Position numbers and translations under genes: made by a program
DNA from: Monocercomonoides exilis PA203
Lineage: Eukaryota; Protista; Preaxostyla
Length of the DNA: 64,000 nt
Direction of reading: 5' to 3'
Assembly (NCBI GenBank): GCA_001643675.2
Contig: LSRY02000025.1
Location: 496,001-560,000 of the forward strand
Notes under the pieces: model-generated
The model's input: only the letters and a program-made list of their open reading frames with translations
The model's database searches: none
Told to the model about the DNA's origin: nothing
Shown: positions 10,601-22,640 of the stretch, piece after piece
Position numbering within the stretch: position 1 is the stretch's first letter
Layout of the letters: every line of letters begins with the position of its first letter

Positions 10601-12208
10601 CCTTCTTCTTCGCCATCTTCGTCTTCTGCATCTTCCTCTGCTTCTGCGAGTTCAAATGAATCATTTTCTCTTTCTCCTTCTGCCAGTTCTCCGTCTGCCT
10701 CATCGTCGATGCTGTCTTCCCTTCCATTCGATGCACAATGTGCTGTTTCTGGTGATGGCTCGTTTGTTTCCTCTCTTTCTGACCAGTCGCCTTTCCTTCC
10801 GTTCATCCGGGCAGCACAAGTTCTGTTTGCACCACAATTCTCATTGACACTCACACCGATGGATCCATTTCCTGCAATTGAGAACGAATTGAGTGCGAGT
10901 TCAGAGGCAGGCGATGCAGCTGGGAAAGGAAAGGAAAAGGACAAGGAAAGCGGAAGCAGCATGAAGAATCCGTTCAGTCTGGTTTCACAGCCACATGCGC
11001 CAGGAGATATGTCTTTGATTGCACACACCGCTTCCTCAGAGATCCAGTTCTATTTGGATGCTGAAGAGATGGACAAGCCCGCAGAAGATGTTGTGAAGCC
11101 AACGGATGCCTCACCGTTCTCAATGCGAATGGCAGAAAAACGCTATTCGCCTTCAACACAGATGTATCTCTTCCACCAGTCAGCTGCACAGATGGTGGTG
11201 CCATTCACTCCCTTGAAAGAGAAAGAGGCCGAAAAGATGAAAGGGAAAGAGAAAGGGATGGCGAGGCATGTGCGTGTGATTGTGCCATCTCCTCTGCAGT
11301 GCATCGAAATGAGTGTGCCGTTCGATTTGACGTGTGTTCCACCACATGGTTTTACGCTCTCTGCGACAGAGTGCTTGCAGCCGTGGATATGTGCCAAGCA
11401 CGAGATCAGGTGGATGGGGCAGCTGGGGAAGAAGCTGAGCAACGAGCTGAAGGAGAAGCTGGCTGGCGAGAAGGATGGCGAAGGCGCGGAGCAGAAGACA
11501 AACCCGCAGCAGATCAGCAGGCGGTTTGTGCTGATTGTGGTTGGGGCAGAGGGCGAAGGGAAAGAAGGAGCGGAGAAAGAAGAGAGAAAAGGAGACGATT
11601 GCAGCATCTTTGTCCAGATGATTATGAAGACGGATGCGATGGTGCTGTACAATCCATACGTGAAGGTGTTCACACTGAATGGCGCTGACATCACAAAACA
11701 AGAAGAAGAGGAAGGATTGAAGAGAAAGAGCTACACAGAAAGTGCTAAAGCGGATGGAACAGGCAGTTCAGGCGTAGCTGATGGAGGTGGAAGCTCTGGA
11801 AGCTCTGAGGCAATGAGAAAAGAGCAAGAGAGCTTTGAAAATTCAGTGTTTGCGCTGCTGAAGAGGCTGACAATTGCAAACAAGCCACTGAACAAGAAGC
11901 ATCTTGTGTTTGAGTCTTCTGTGTCGTCGAATCGGAACTATGCCCATCGCTTCCCGCTGGGTGTAGATTCTGCCTTTGGAGGGCCAGATGAATGTCTGCA
12001 CATGGGATTTCCAGCTGGTGGGGGTGTTGTGAAGTGTGTTGAAAGAAAAATGGAGACAGAAATGAATGAAAAGCAAAAAAATGATGATGAAATGTGGAAA
12101 AAAGGGTTGTACTTGATGGAGATTGGAACAGCTTTTGTGGATCATATTGATTTTATGGCATTTTTATGGTCGATTGAAGCACAGCTGAAAGTGTATTCGT
12201 TGGATTAA
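7610..12208 (+). CDS. Calpain-7/PalB-like CysPc protein, catalytic Cys replaced by Ser, with a long basic S/P-rich N-terminus
   Basis: QSVVDDSSVVMSL aligns to the calpain-7 QxxxxDCS motif. NPSGRY..FFNGAWR..IDDRLP, ELW..LYEKAY, DHGY (His) and MRNP (Asn) are present. Start placed at MPPK because upstream ATGs overlap UBC9. Confidence 0.85.
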   Translation: MPPKVAANPKALPKLKEKANTSSSRSTNSRPKQPSKTLNTVSSVPSLKKHSISSPPRVEKHQSPFESDLHSSRPLKKLTKPVGPKFSQTKSKSNLTSSSVSASKTNLQNLSSSSSRGKVLSPPRSSSNTQNTKQQNDASRTRILSPPRTLSKSSSTYIEDSTTRARILSPPRSGTNASTANLSRKPLTKPIAPKLSEPKQRSYATHTTTQTYTTTVITTQSVKALPRLQPKQTQKTSSSKSLSSASSLPLLSPRTSAARKSTSHLTSSSSDKSLHSKSNSSSSGASSSSSSYSSSHSTGSVLQSSAATPAEQIAHQPRRSPSRLQNAPEIRLLSPPAKAQHVGPIIPPPPQVMRPLPAITIKAPPKSSLPPLPSFGNFSSEEKAVLEASSHLNGATYPIWKNSQHAINPAAEDAALFVDSVPVLLNEKQANLGCVLSRPENLFECQREELAVFGGFSWRQGKQSVVDDSSVVMSLILMGYAEERLRLAFLTSNVYPQVEGKGSVVNPSGRYYLRFFFNGAWRCCEIDDRLPCYPRSSPNFAVPKAETWKRQLCAHAMGKKELWMQLYEKAYLKIRGFSYSTFDLPSAENIHFIASWIPELWRLEEIPGGDRDDDDDYNNNRDGGEGEEGRGGKIVKADITTEEMNKFWEQLTEGYATGMLVAVASTRPDMSDGVVESTGLVVDHGYGILDAKDVGGVRVLKMRNPQLGISGGWRGKLSATDEKGWTSALRERFHYSPSDAAQNNNGIFFIRWEDMLKYFSSLSVSHNPLLFPCQAHFHCLFSKELQFDAELLRTLSAPQFLVRKEKHQKYWFLLQRHWEDAEGDESEEDDVDNTTDPAIGLRFHKHLIEDEKLKAAGKQGEECKRPRRLDEPPSVCRIADVVNRVDPVMYRMWMYSLEKIEDSYEGYYTMIVSMMNAPKKKRDLRFTISVYSNREIAVSRIPLVQKNECTIRSTTRQQPIIRGLSPQTGTHLISRPSQRINLPFASPSLFSSSPSSSPSSSPSSSSASSSASASSNESFSLSPSASSPSASSSMLSSLPFDAQCAVSGDGSFVSSLSDQSPFLPFIRAAQVLFAPQFSLTLTPMDPFPAIENELSASSEAGDAAGKGKEKDKESGSSMKNPFSLVSQPHAPGDMSLIAHTASSEIQFYLDAEEMDKPAEDVVKPTDASPFSMRMAEKRYSPSTQMYLFHQSAAQMVVPFTPLKEKEAEKMKGKEKGMARHVRVIVPSPLQCIEMSVPFDLTCVPPHGFTLSATECLQPWICAKHEIRWMGQLGKKLSNELKEKLAGEKDGEGAEQKTNPQQISRRFVLIVVGAEGEGKEGAEKEERKGDDCSIFVQMIMKTDAMVLYNPYVKVFTLNGADITKQEEEEGLKRKSYTESAKADGTGSSGVADGGGSSGSSEAMRKEQESFENSVFALLKRLTIANKPLNKKHLVFESSVSSNRNYAHRFPLGVDSAFGGPDECLHMGFPAGGGVVKCVERKMETEMNEKQKNDDEMWKKGLYLMEIGTAFVDHIDFMAFLWSIEAQLKVYSLD

Positions 12209-13258
12209 TTGGAAGGTGAACATGGAGACTATGAAATAAACACATAAATTATCTGATAAAGCAAAGAAGAAGAAGAAGAAGAAAAAGAAAAAGAAAAGTG
12301 AAAAACAATGATTCAAACTTGTGTATCGAATGAAGGAAATACAATGCTCATTTAAAAAGGAACATTTATTTAGATTTTTTCATTTAAAGTTACAAAATGT
12401 ATTAGTATCAATAAAAGTTTTGAATTCAGTTTTACAGTTATGAACATTGAATTATGCTTTGATCTTTTCTTTTAAATTAATTTTGTTTAATATTTCGTTA
12501 AAAGTCTTCAATTCTCGATATTTATCTTTGACTTCACATCTTATATGTGATAGACTTTATGCATATTTATTAATCTGTCTTTTTAAATTCAGAACAAATA
12601 CTTTTATATTTTTTAATAAGTATTTTTGTCTGAATTATTTATTTATTTATTTCCATTTTCTTTTTACTTGTTTATTTGTTTTTATTTGATTTGTATTGAT
12701 GATGCATTCTTTTCATCACTTCATGGTTGATATTTACAAGCATATCTATTTCTGATTATTTTTTTTTTTTTTTTGATTTTTCTGTCTTTGTTTATCGTAC
12801 ACAAATCATTTTTTTAAAAAATAGTCTTCTTTTATCGTTTCTTCCCTGTTAAAATTTCAACTTGTTCACCCCAAATTTTTCTGTTTCATCTTTTTAGCAA
12901 TCTGTGTTGAAACAGATTGCTGAATTCTCTTGGCTCTATTTCCTGTAATTCAAATGTCTCATTTCAAATCATGTTAATTATGTTTTCTTGTCAATTTCAA
13001 AGTGAATTTTTTTATTCATTTGTTATTTGTTTTAGAAATCATGCTTTTCTATTATCTTTAAACAGAATGATTCTGATTAATATCTTTAAACCTTTTGGAT
13101 CATTATCGAAATTGAAAAAAATTTTTCGATTGATTAACACTTTTTTCATTTTTGAAAGCACAGAAAAGGTTGGAACAGATCGTGGTTTGTTTCCAAAAAG
13201 AACAATTTTTGTGTTTGTTGCGAAAGATAAAGAGTATTTGGATTCGATGAAAAAAAAC

Positions 13259-13282
13259 AGAGAGAGAGAGAGAGAGAGATAT

Positions 13283-13313
<31 letters not shown>

Positions 13314-13388
13314 TAGAGATAGAGATAGAGAGAAAGAAAGAAAGAAAGAAGAAAGAAAGAAAGAAAGAGTCTGTGTATGTGTGTGTGT
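13259..13388. repeat. Compound microsatellite (AG)n(AT)n(AGAT)n(AAAG)n(TG)n
   Basis: Directly visible. Confidence 0.9.
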
Positions 13389-13513
13389 TGCAATTAGAAA
13401 AAGAAAAAAGAAAAAGAAACATCACATTTTGTCAATCTGGATAAACCAGTGTTTTGCTTTAAGGTTAACGAAACGAAAATGTTGAAATTGTAGTGAAAAC
13501 AAATGAAGATTAA

Positions 13514-14877
13514 TTACAAATGAACACAATATTTATCAAAAACTTGAGACAAAAATGAAACTCCAAATCCTTTTTTGATCATATAACAGCTCAGCCCCAC
13601 CACGCAATCCTCGTAACCTTCTTCTTCCATTCTTTCAAACACCTTTCGTTTCAATTCCTTAATTTTTGCGTCATCACATCCTTGTTCCATTTTGAATTTC
13701 AATCTCCAACATATTTCTTTGAAAAACCACAAACCTTTGTTAATTGTGTTATTCGATTTATCAAATTTCACAAGTTCACTCAAAACAACATCGAAAGCAC
13801 TGCTTTTCAACAAGTCTTCAATTTTCGCTGCGCCATTGACCAATCGTTCAATCAGAAAAACACATTTGTCGCTCACTCTCATTTCTCTGTTCTTTGCCAC
13901 TCGAAATATACGCACGATGCTGCCTATAAGAACAACAAATTCTTCATACCACAGTTGGCATGAGACAAAAATAATCTCCAATGATTGAAGCCATCTCAAT
14001 AAAACTAATGTTTCATTACTTTTATTTCTTTTCTTTTCATTCTCTTTGATTCTCTTCCAATCAACGCTCTTCCTAAGTTCTTCCAGTTCTCTTATTGCTT
14101 CCTTCCAAAAATGCAGATCATTCACAATCATATCTTCCAAGTTGTCATCATATTTTAATCTTTTCATCAAAAAATCCCAAGCCGACTGATAGGCAAGTCG
14201 TGTTGGATTGCTATGCCCCTGATGATAATCGATAATTTCTGTGACTTCATTCAAATACAATTCTTTTGACAAAACCTTTCAAAAAAAATAAAAGCAAGAA
14301 AGAAATAATTATATCAGAAGGGATACGGATATAACCAAACACAACATTTCCTTATGCAACTCAAAGCCAGCAAAGCCATTTCCGCTTCTTTTCTTGTTTC
14401 TTCGTTTTCCTCCTTTTTCAATGCCACTTTCAAAAGGCAAGGAACACAAATAACAATCAGATCGTTTGTAATGAAGTCTTCAATCAATAGAAGATAGCAT
14501 TCACTGAGATCAACAAGAATCTTCTTGTTCATTCTGTCTTTTTTCTGAAACTCTTCACAAATCATCTTCTCAATTCTTTCAGGAAGTAAAGAAAATTTAA
14601 AGCTTCCGCTCTGACATTTGTGTAATTCTTTGATATATCCGATGTGCTTCAACAACAAAAGCGCATTTTCCAAATTCATTTTCTTTTCTTCAATCATTTT
14701 GTTAATCTCATTGCACAGCTCCATTGAGAAAATAAAATCGAATTCATTCCTCTCCATCTTATTAAATGAATCATTTATTTCTTCAATTTTTTGTTTCTGT
14801 TCATCTTCATTGCAATCTTCCAACTGTGAAAGTTTCTCTAAAAAAATCAAAAAATCAAAAGAGTTTAAAACACTCAT
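13514..14877 (-). CDS. Lineage-specific multicopy helical hypothetical protein (multi-exon; 5' end uncertain)
   Basis: ORFs 14314-14877 and 13514-14272 share LExCNEDEQKQKIEE, ENAxLLLKHxGY, YLNxxxEIIxYHQxH and EEEGYED with 17228-18695. Confidence 0.7.
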
Positions 14878-17227
14878 TTATTTATTTAACCATTCATTTC
14901 TTATAAACTCTGACAAACCGAGAAATATTTGTCTTTTTAAAGATAACTGTGAAATTGCAAGTTGAATTTAAAACAACAAAAAAATCATTTTCATGATTGT
15001 TGTGCAATATTCGCATCAAATGAATTAAAAAAACCAAATCAAATATCTAACAACATTAAAGTCCATACGTCTTCGTGTTCCATCATTGATTTTGTCTCAA
15101 AACAAGCAAATCTGTGAAACAAAATAATCTTGTTTTTGTGCAAATTAATAAGGGAGATGAACCTATAATTTTCTTAGTGAAGATTTTTGATTGGTGATTT
15201 GCGACAGCCAGAGCATGTTTGAGCTGCTTAGGTGAATGGCTAAAGATGCGCCCATGCGAGATATAGCACTGCAGAAGAAAAGGAATTTTGCTTACAGATG
15301 GAGGAGCGAGTGGCTTTTTGCATCGATTGCTTACGAAAAGTGAATTGGTGGAGAAAACCAGCATGAAATATGAATTTGGTCATATATTGCAAAACATATG
15401 GTGCAACATCTTCTGCGATATTTTGAATGAAAAATAACACAAACAAGATGCAGAAAAAGCGAGCAGAATGTTTCTGAAGGATTGAATTGAACCTCGAGTT
15501 CATTTTGTGGGAAATGTGTCGCGCTTGGCATAACTATTGCGCAGGATTTATTTTGTGGAAAAGGAAAGGGAATTGGGGGATTGGACAATGGAGGAAGCGA
15601 GTTGAACGAAGCACTCTTCAGGCCTTAACAACAATCGCATTTGCCTTTTGAACGAAATCTGCTGGAATGCCATCAACAAATACTTACCGTTGAATTGGGT
15701 TTTGAAAAGGAGTTTATTTGGAGAATATAATCATTCACATCACTTCATTATCGGTTTTATAAAGGATTTTCTGCATTCGATGACTTTCAATGCCAGCTAT
15801 TTGTTGTCCAGTTGTCTGTTTTTTTTATGTGGCAAGAGTCAATTTTGGAGAACAAGAAAGCCAGCTGGGCTGATAATTACCAATGCGTTGGAGATGGGAA
15901 AATATTTCAAGACAAAAAAAAAATTGGTTTGCCTTATTTTTTATTTCATTCAATTTTCTTTAAAGGTGTGTTTTCAATGAGTACAGATTGGGAACGAATG
16001 GAAATACCATAGAAAGAAATCTTCTTTTCATTTCGCAAAAGAGCCAGAAGCTTTGAAATTATTCTTGTTTGGATTGCATTCAACGATGATGTTTGTGACT
16101 TCTGCCATCTGTCTTGCATACTGCATAACCTGACAAAGCTTAAGATGAGCTTGAAAGAGAGAAAAAGCAGTTTTTTTGTCTTATTTGTCGAGAGCGTTTG
16201 GCAGAAGCGACTCTTTCATCAGGGCAGATGGGCTGGTTTAGCATTCACATTCAAAAGATAAACAACTTCTCATGTAATTCAACACTCATCTTTTTCTCCT
16301 TCTCCTTCTTCTTCTTCTTCCTCTTCCTCTTCTTCTTCCCCTTCCCCTTCTTCTTCCCCTTCCCCTTCTTCTTCCTCTTTTCCTTATACTTCCTCTTCTT
16401 CATCTTCGTCTTTATCTTCTTCTTATTCAGAATTCTCAACTTTATTTCCTTTATTTTTCTTTTCTTCATTTTCTTCTTCTAATTCAAGAAGCATTTCTTA
16501 TTTCAAATTCTTCATAAAAAGCCCATCAACTCAAATGAACAATTCGATTTTGATTATTTTTTTTATTCTTCTCTCTTTCTCTCTCAATCTTCAATCTTTA
16601 AGGGATGCATCAAAACTCCCATCAGAATTTCTTCCTCTTCTCCGATTTTCAAATCAAACATTTTTTTGTTGCCTTCAGATGCTGCAAACGGATTGTTTTA
16701 ACTTTTGGAATGGAAATGATGAAGAATGAATAAACAGGCAGAGGAAAGCATTTGGGTTGAATGTTTCTCTTCACTTGGATCAGCATCAACATCGTTGTTT
16801 GCTGTTTTTGTCGTCTTTTCAACATTCACTGATGGTTTCTGATATTCCTCGAAAGCGAAGGAAGCATTGAGAAAACACAATTTTCTTTTTGCCAATGAGC
16901 TGAAAAGAGGTTTTTTTGAGAATAACATGCAAAGAATGAATGAAGAATTTGTAATAAAAAATGTTTGTCAACTCATTTTTGGGAAGAACTTTGGTGAAAG
17001 AAAGAAGAAAATGGAGAAATTCATGATTTTTAATTATTATTATTATTTTCATTTGTAAATAAAAAATTCAATTTTTTATTGTTGTTATTTCTTCACTTCA
17101 TTTTGATGAATCTGGATAATAAATCACTAAAAGCAAACATATGAAAATAAATTTTTGTATCGTTTTGTGAAATGAATGAAAAATGAGAAAATTGAAAATA
17201 AAGAGTTACAAAATACAATGTATTTCT

Positions 17228-18695
17228 TCAAACATAAACAAAATAATCAGAAATTTTCAACGATAGTGTATGATAAGGTCGTGCGTTTAAAATCTTTAAA
17301 GTTTCATGAAAGCTGGTGATGGTATCTTCGTATCCTTCTTCCTCCAGCTTTTCAAAAACCTTCCTTTTCGTTGCCTTTCTTTCCTCTTCTTCCCTTTCAT
17401 CTTTATTCTTTTGTTTTAATTTCCTTGAAACATTCACAAGGAATTGGAAGCAATCATTCATTATATCTTCATTCAATGTTTGTCTCTGGATCTCTTCCAA
17501 AGCAGTATCAGTAGCACCACTTTCCAACAAGCCTTCAATTCTCATGTCTCTCCTTTCTGCTGCATTTCTCAAGGAATAAATGCACCTGCAACTAATTTCT
17601 TCATTATTCCCTTTTGCCGCTCGATATACCTGAACAATGACTCCAATAAGCATTGTAATTTCTTCATTCTTCAATTTGTTTTTGTAAATATAATAATCCA
17701 ATGTTCGCAGCCATCTCATCAATGTAAGCTCTTCTATTATATCTCTTCTTCTTCTTCTTTTTCCATTTTCTTCTTCTTTCCTCTTCCAATCAATACATTT
17801 CATCAACTCGCCCAATTCTCGCCTTGCTTCTCTCGCAAAATGCAGCTCATTCATAATCATTCTCTCCAAACTTCCATTGAGCAGTAATCTTTTTTTCAAA
17901 GACTCCCAAGCACAGTGATAGGCAAGTGGCGATAAATTTCTGTGCTCTTGATGATATTTGATGATTTCTTTGATCTTGTTCAGATATTGATCTTCATCTA
18001 TTTTCTTATAAAAATTAGAAATAATTAAAATATCAAAAATATCAAAAAGGAAATAAAAATGTTCATACAATCAAATATTCAATGTAATTCAAAGCGAAAA
18101 AAGCTATTTCAACTTCTTTCTGAGTCTCCTCTTCTTTGTCTTTGCTCGAGGCAGCTTTCAAAAAACAAGTTGAACAAATTGAAAGCACTTCAGGTGTGAA
18201 GCTGCAGCATAGAAAAATATAGCATCCACAAAAATCAGCTAAAAGCCTTTCATTTTTCCCTTCATTTTTCTTTTCTTCTTCAAGAATCATCTTCTCAAAT
18301 CTTCTTTTCAATTCAGAATTAAAAAAACCACGACTCCACATGTTTTTCAGGGTCTTCAAATATCCAGCATGCTTCAGCAGCAAAATTGCATTCTCCATTG
18401 ACATTTTCTTTTCTTCAATCATTTTGTCCATTTTGTTGAATAGTTTTTTTGTGAAAATTGATATAAATTCTTTTATATTCATTCCATCAACTATTTCATT
18501 CATTTCTTCTATTTTCTGTTTCTGTTCATCTTCATTGCAATGCTCCAGTTCACAAAACAATTCTTCAATAAATTTATTTATGATGGAAAGCGCTGAACAC
18601 TCAAAAAATAGTAAAATGAACAAACTTGAAAACTTATCTTCAAGAGACGGCTCCTGGATATCATCATTGGATTTGTCTTCATCACACATTTCCAT
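17228..18695 (-). CDS. Second paralog of the same hypothetical family (multi-exon)
   Basis: ORFs 18063-18695 and 17228-18070 with the same motifs. Short AT-rich introns near 18570-18625 and 18015-18070. Confidence 0.7.
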
Positions 18696-20629
18696 TCTGT
18701 CTATAATTAGAAAAGATCAATTCACAACAAAATTTCAAATGAAAAACAGAAAAACAAACAGAAAAACAAACATTGTTGATAATTGACAAAACTAAAATAT
18801 AATTGCCAAACTCAATTCCTTTGCTCAGTAAAAACCTGCGTCAAAAAAGAAATCGCAAAGAAGCTGCAATATTGGTCGTATTTAGCCAAATACAAAAGAG
18901 TTTATTTTCTGTCTGATCGAACCAACAATAATTCATTTCATCGAAATGGATTGAATTTCGATTGAAATTTTTGAACGTATCGAAAAATATCCCACATATC
19001 TGGAATTGAATTAAAAAAAAATATCTATTTTAACATTCTGAGTGGAACAAAGAAGGGGAAATTGTGTTCTTTTTTTAACGTTACAAAAAAAGTGACAAAA
19101 AAGCAACAATTTGCACATTAAACTGTGCATTTAAACATTGTTGTTAATTAAAATTCAAACATAAATATTGCACTTATTTCCCTCACATTTAGAGTTATCT
19201 GGATGCTTTCCTTGTCAGAAATGATTTTTTCTGTTATTTCAGAGTGTTTGCTTGTTTCCGTGAATGTTTCAAATTTGAAGTGTTGAGAAAAGTTTTGAGA
19301 TATCAGGATGATTTTGATATTTGTTCGTGACTTGAGTTGGCCATCCAGGCTGAAGGAAGATTGATGGAGGGAATCAAGCTTTCAGCAATTCGCAGTTTTT
19401 TTGATGATTGGGCGCTTGATAATTGAACGCATAAGAGACCTTATCAAGACAACAATGGACAACACTGTTGATCGGGCATTGAAAGAGATTCAATTACAAA
19501 AGGCTTTGAAGCTGTTTGAAGATGAAAGAATTCGAGATGGCGAAGGAATATTGATGCAATATGCGGAACCAAGCAGATGCAGAATTTTGAGTACATGGCA
19601 TAGGTGTATTTAAGGTCCTTTTCCAATTCTTGATTATTCTTTAAAACAATATGATAAATAAAAAGCATATTTAACAACAAAACATTTGTATGGACTGGAA
19701 TTTTGAAATTCTTTTCGATCCTTGAGAAAAAACTATTTTTAAAAATCACCCATAAATCTGAGTAATTTTTCAAAATTTTAATAAAAAATGATAATTTTAA
19801 AATAATAAGCTGCTAGGAGGTCATTTATTATTATACATTCTTATTATATTAATTAAAATTTGAGAAAAAAGCATTTACAAAAATAAATTAAAAAAATCAA
19901 AATTCTTTGATCAATCCCACAATTATATTTTGAATAATTAAAAAAGAAAATTTTGCTTTTCTGAATGATATACAGTATTAATGTTTCATATTATAACGTT
20001 ATCGTTGCTAATTATTTTCAACCTTTCATAGAGAGATAATTACCTGCAAAATTAACTCAGACTGCTTTCACTTTGCTGCATTAAATTTCAAAGATTGTTT
20101 TTGTTTGTATTAATTGGTTTTCGATCTGCATAAGATGCGATGGATGATCACTATTGATTGTGTAAATTTTTTGTAAGGTTTTAGCTTTTTAAAGTACATT
20201 TGATATATTTCTATTTACATTTTTTTTCCATTTTTAAATTTTTTTTCAAATGCGAAAGATAATTGTTTTCTTTTTGTTCATTTTCAGTCACTTTTCAAAT
20301 TGATATAGCTATTATTTATATAAAATGAATAGATTTGAAATATTAATACTTTAATATATAATTTAATATTATCAATAAAAAATGTGTAAGAAATTTCTTT
20401 TACTCCGAATTCATATAGTTATTTCAAATAATAAATACCAAGAGCTCTCTTTCAAGGCATATTCTTTCAAATAACTATTTCAATTATAAGAGCTCTCAAA
20501 AATAACAACAAAATTTATGATAATTCGATGATTACTCTATACACAGTCAACTTTATTTCCTTTTTCAAAAATAGCATCACTCCTCCTCATCATCATTATT
20601 CCATCTCTCTTCCTCCCTCATCCACCGGC

Positions 20630-21455
20630 TGCAGAACGCGCACTTTGTGTTTGTCTTGTTCCAGCCGCTGAGCAAAGTGATCAGCGCCGTCCAGGAACGA
20701 GTAACCCATCTCATTGTCGATGAAGCATATCACATCCTCGCCCCTTCATTCCGCTCTCTTTTCGAATCTTTGTGTGAAAATGCTCCGAAACTAAGGTGTG
20801 TTCTGGGGATGACAGCGACTTTGAACCGGATGGACGATCCGAGCGGGAGGAAGATTGCGGAGCTGTTTGCGAACACGCTGTATGCGCAGCTGCATGTGCA
20901 AAAGCTGAAGGAGCTGAAGGAGCTGGGGCTGTTTCCTCCGGTGGTGTGGAATTGGGGTTTTGAAGGGAAGAGGGGAGGGAGGTGTGCTTTGTTGGGGAGG
21001 GAAGGAGGGGGAGGGAGGGAGATAGAGATATGTATTTATTTATTTCGATAATATTGAGATTTATTATATTGATGATGATGATGATGACTTGCTTTATTAT
21101 TTGTGGAAAATTCATCTTACACTTTCAATTTTATTTATTTCTTTATCTATTAATTTTTCATTTATAATTCAATTTTTTTTTTAAATAATAAAAAAAGAAA
21201 TATCTTGAGATTCTGCCTCCGATCTATCAGAGGAAAAGGGTTTCGTCATATGCACAGATTCTCTCTCAGCTCACATGGAGTGTCGCAGCCGCTGGAGTCA
21301 CATTGGAGAAAGTGATGAACTATTGCAGAGCACCTTCAATGAATCAGCGACAGTTGTCAATTGCTTCGTATTCTTCTGCTTCTTTTTCTTCTTCTTCCTC
21401 TTCGTCTTTTTCGTCATCTTTTTCTTCTCAACCAAACACCTCACAGTCATCATCT

Positions 21456-21487
<32 letters not shown>

Positions 21488-21791
21488 CCCCTCTCCCTCT
21501 TCTTCTTCTCACTCCTCCTCTTCTTCCCTCACCCTCTCCCTCTCTCAGCTCGCCACCATCCGCGACAGCACCCGCCTCTTCCTCCACTGTCTGGCTCATT
21601 TTCTCTCGCGCGTCTCAATGGCTGCACGGAAGCAGGTTTTCTCCACACTCATTCCGATTCGCATCTTCGATGCAGGAACGGCGGTGCAGCTGAACAGAAT
21701 CGCAAATGATATTCCACCAAGAAAACACATTCTGATATTTTGTTCTTCGTGCAAGTGCTCAGACGAGACAGCAAGGCTGTTTGGGGAGAAG
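20630..21791 (+). pseudogene. Captured fragment of an SF2 (ResIII/Irc3-like DExH) helicase gene, with intron
   Basis: LIVDEAYH (motif II), LGMTATL (III), ILIFCSS (IV). Exon ends FPPV|gtgtgg and FGEK|gtgtgg. Motifs I and VI are absent. Confidence 0.7.
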
Positions 21792-22008
21792 GTGTGGGAG
21801 GAATGAAAGAAAGAAAGAGAGAGAGGAGGGGAAGGTGGGTTTGAAGAAAAGGGGAGAAGGTGAAAGGAAAATGTTAATTTCTTTTGTTTTTTAATGTGCT
21901 CTTGCTATTCGAATGAGTAAAAGGAGAATTTGAAAACATTTTGATGCTTTTGTGAATCAAATGCTTTTCAATTGTATCAACTTTATTTTTTCATGTTCTT
22001 TTGTTCTA

Positions 22009-22012
<4 letters not shown>

Positions 22013-22085
<73 letters not shown>

Positions 22086-22142
22086 CTCTCTCTCTCTCTT
22101 TCTCTTTCTCTTTCTCTTTCTCTTTCTTTCTTTCTTTCTTTC
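22013..22142. repeat. (TC)n/(TCTA)n/(TTTC)n compound microsatellite at the junction between the two captured fragments
   Basis: Directly visible. Confidence 0.9.
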
Positions 22143-22640
22143 TGTCTCCTCCACTGCTCCTCTGGTGACATCTCCATCGTCACTATCTCAAATGCCTTCG
22201 GATCCTTTCTGATGTTATCATTCACAATCTCTCTCAGATCTTTGTTCTCTTTCTTTGCTTTTCTCCATCGAATGGTCACAATGATTGTGTCGCTCTGATG
22301 AATCGTAATAAATCCAATCAGATCTGTATCATTTGTGTTATTGCACAAATCTCTTCCATATATTGCATTACTGCGATTGTAATTGTCTTCTCGAAAATCA
22401 AATTGAAATTGTCTTTCATTGATCTGAAACGTGATGTTGAAGCATTCAATGAAAATATCATTCCCCACACTTGCTGTGTTCGCACTGAATTTCATCCCCG
22501 CAAATGTGAAATTCAATTCTCCTCTTTCCTTTATTGCCAGATACACCCCTCCTCCTTTCCCATTGACGTAGCTGCATTGACTGACTTCGGACTTAATCAT
22601 CTTCATTGATCCTGATGCTCCCGATGTGAAGGATATTTCC
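22143..22640 (-). pseudogene. Captured, internally deleted fragment of the giant receptor/pseudokinase family
   Basis: GKGGGVY..GNDIFIEC..QINERQFQFDFRE..NAIYG matches the extracellular repeat near 41090-41370. It is fused directly to IRWR..DPKAFEIVTMEMSPEEQWRR, which matches 43080-43210. Confidence 0.85.

Noticed and set aside
15083-16930. Coding-like fragments between the two orphan paralogs
   Set aside because: No consistent frame or motif could be reconstructed.
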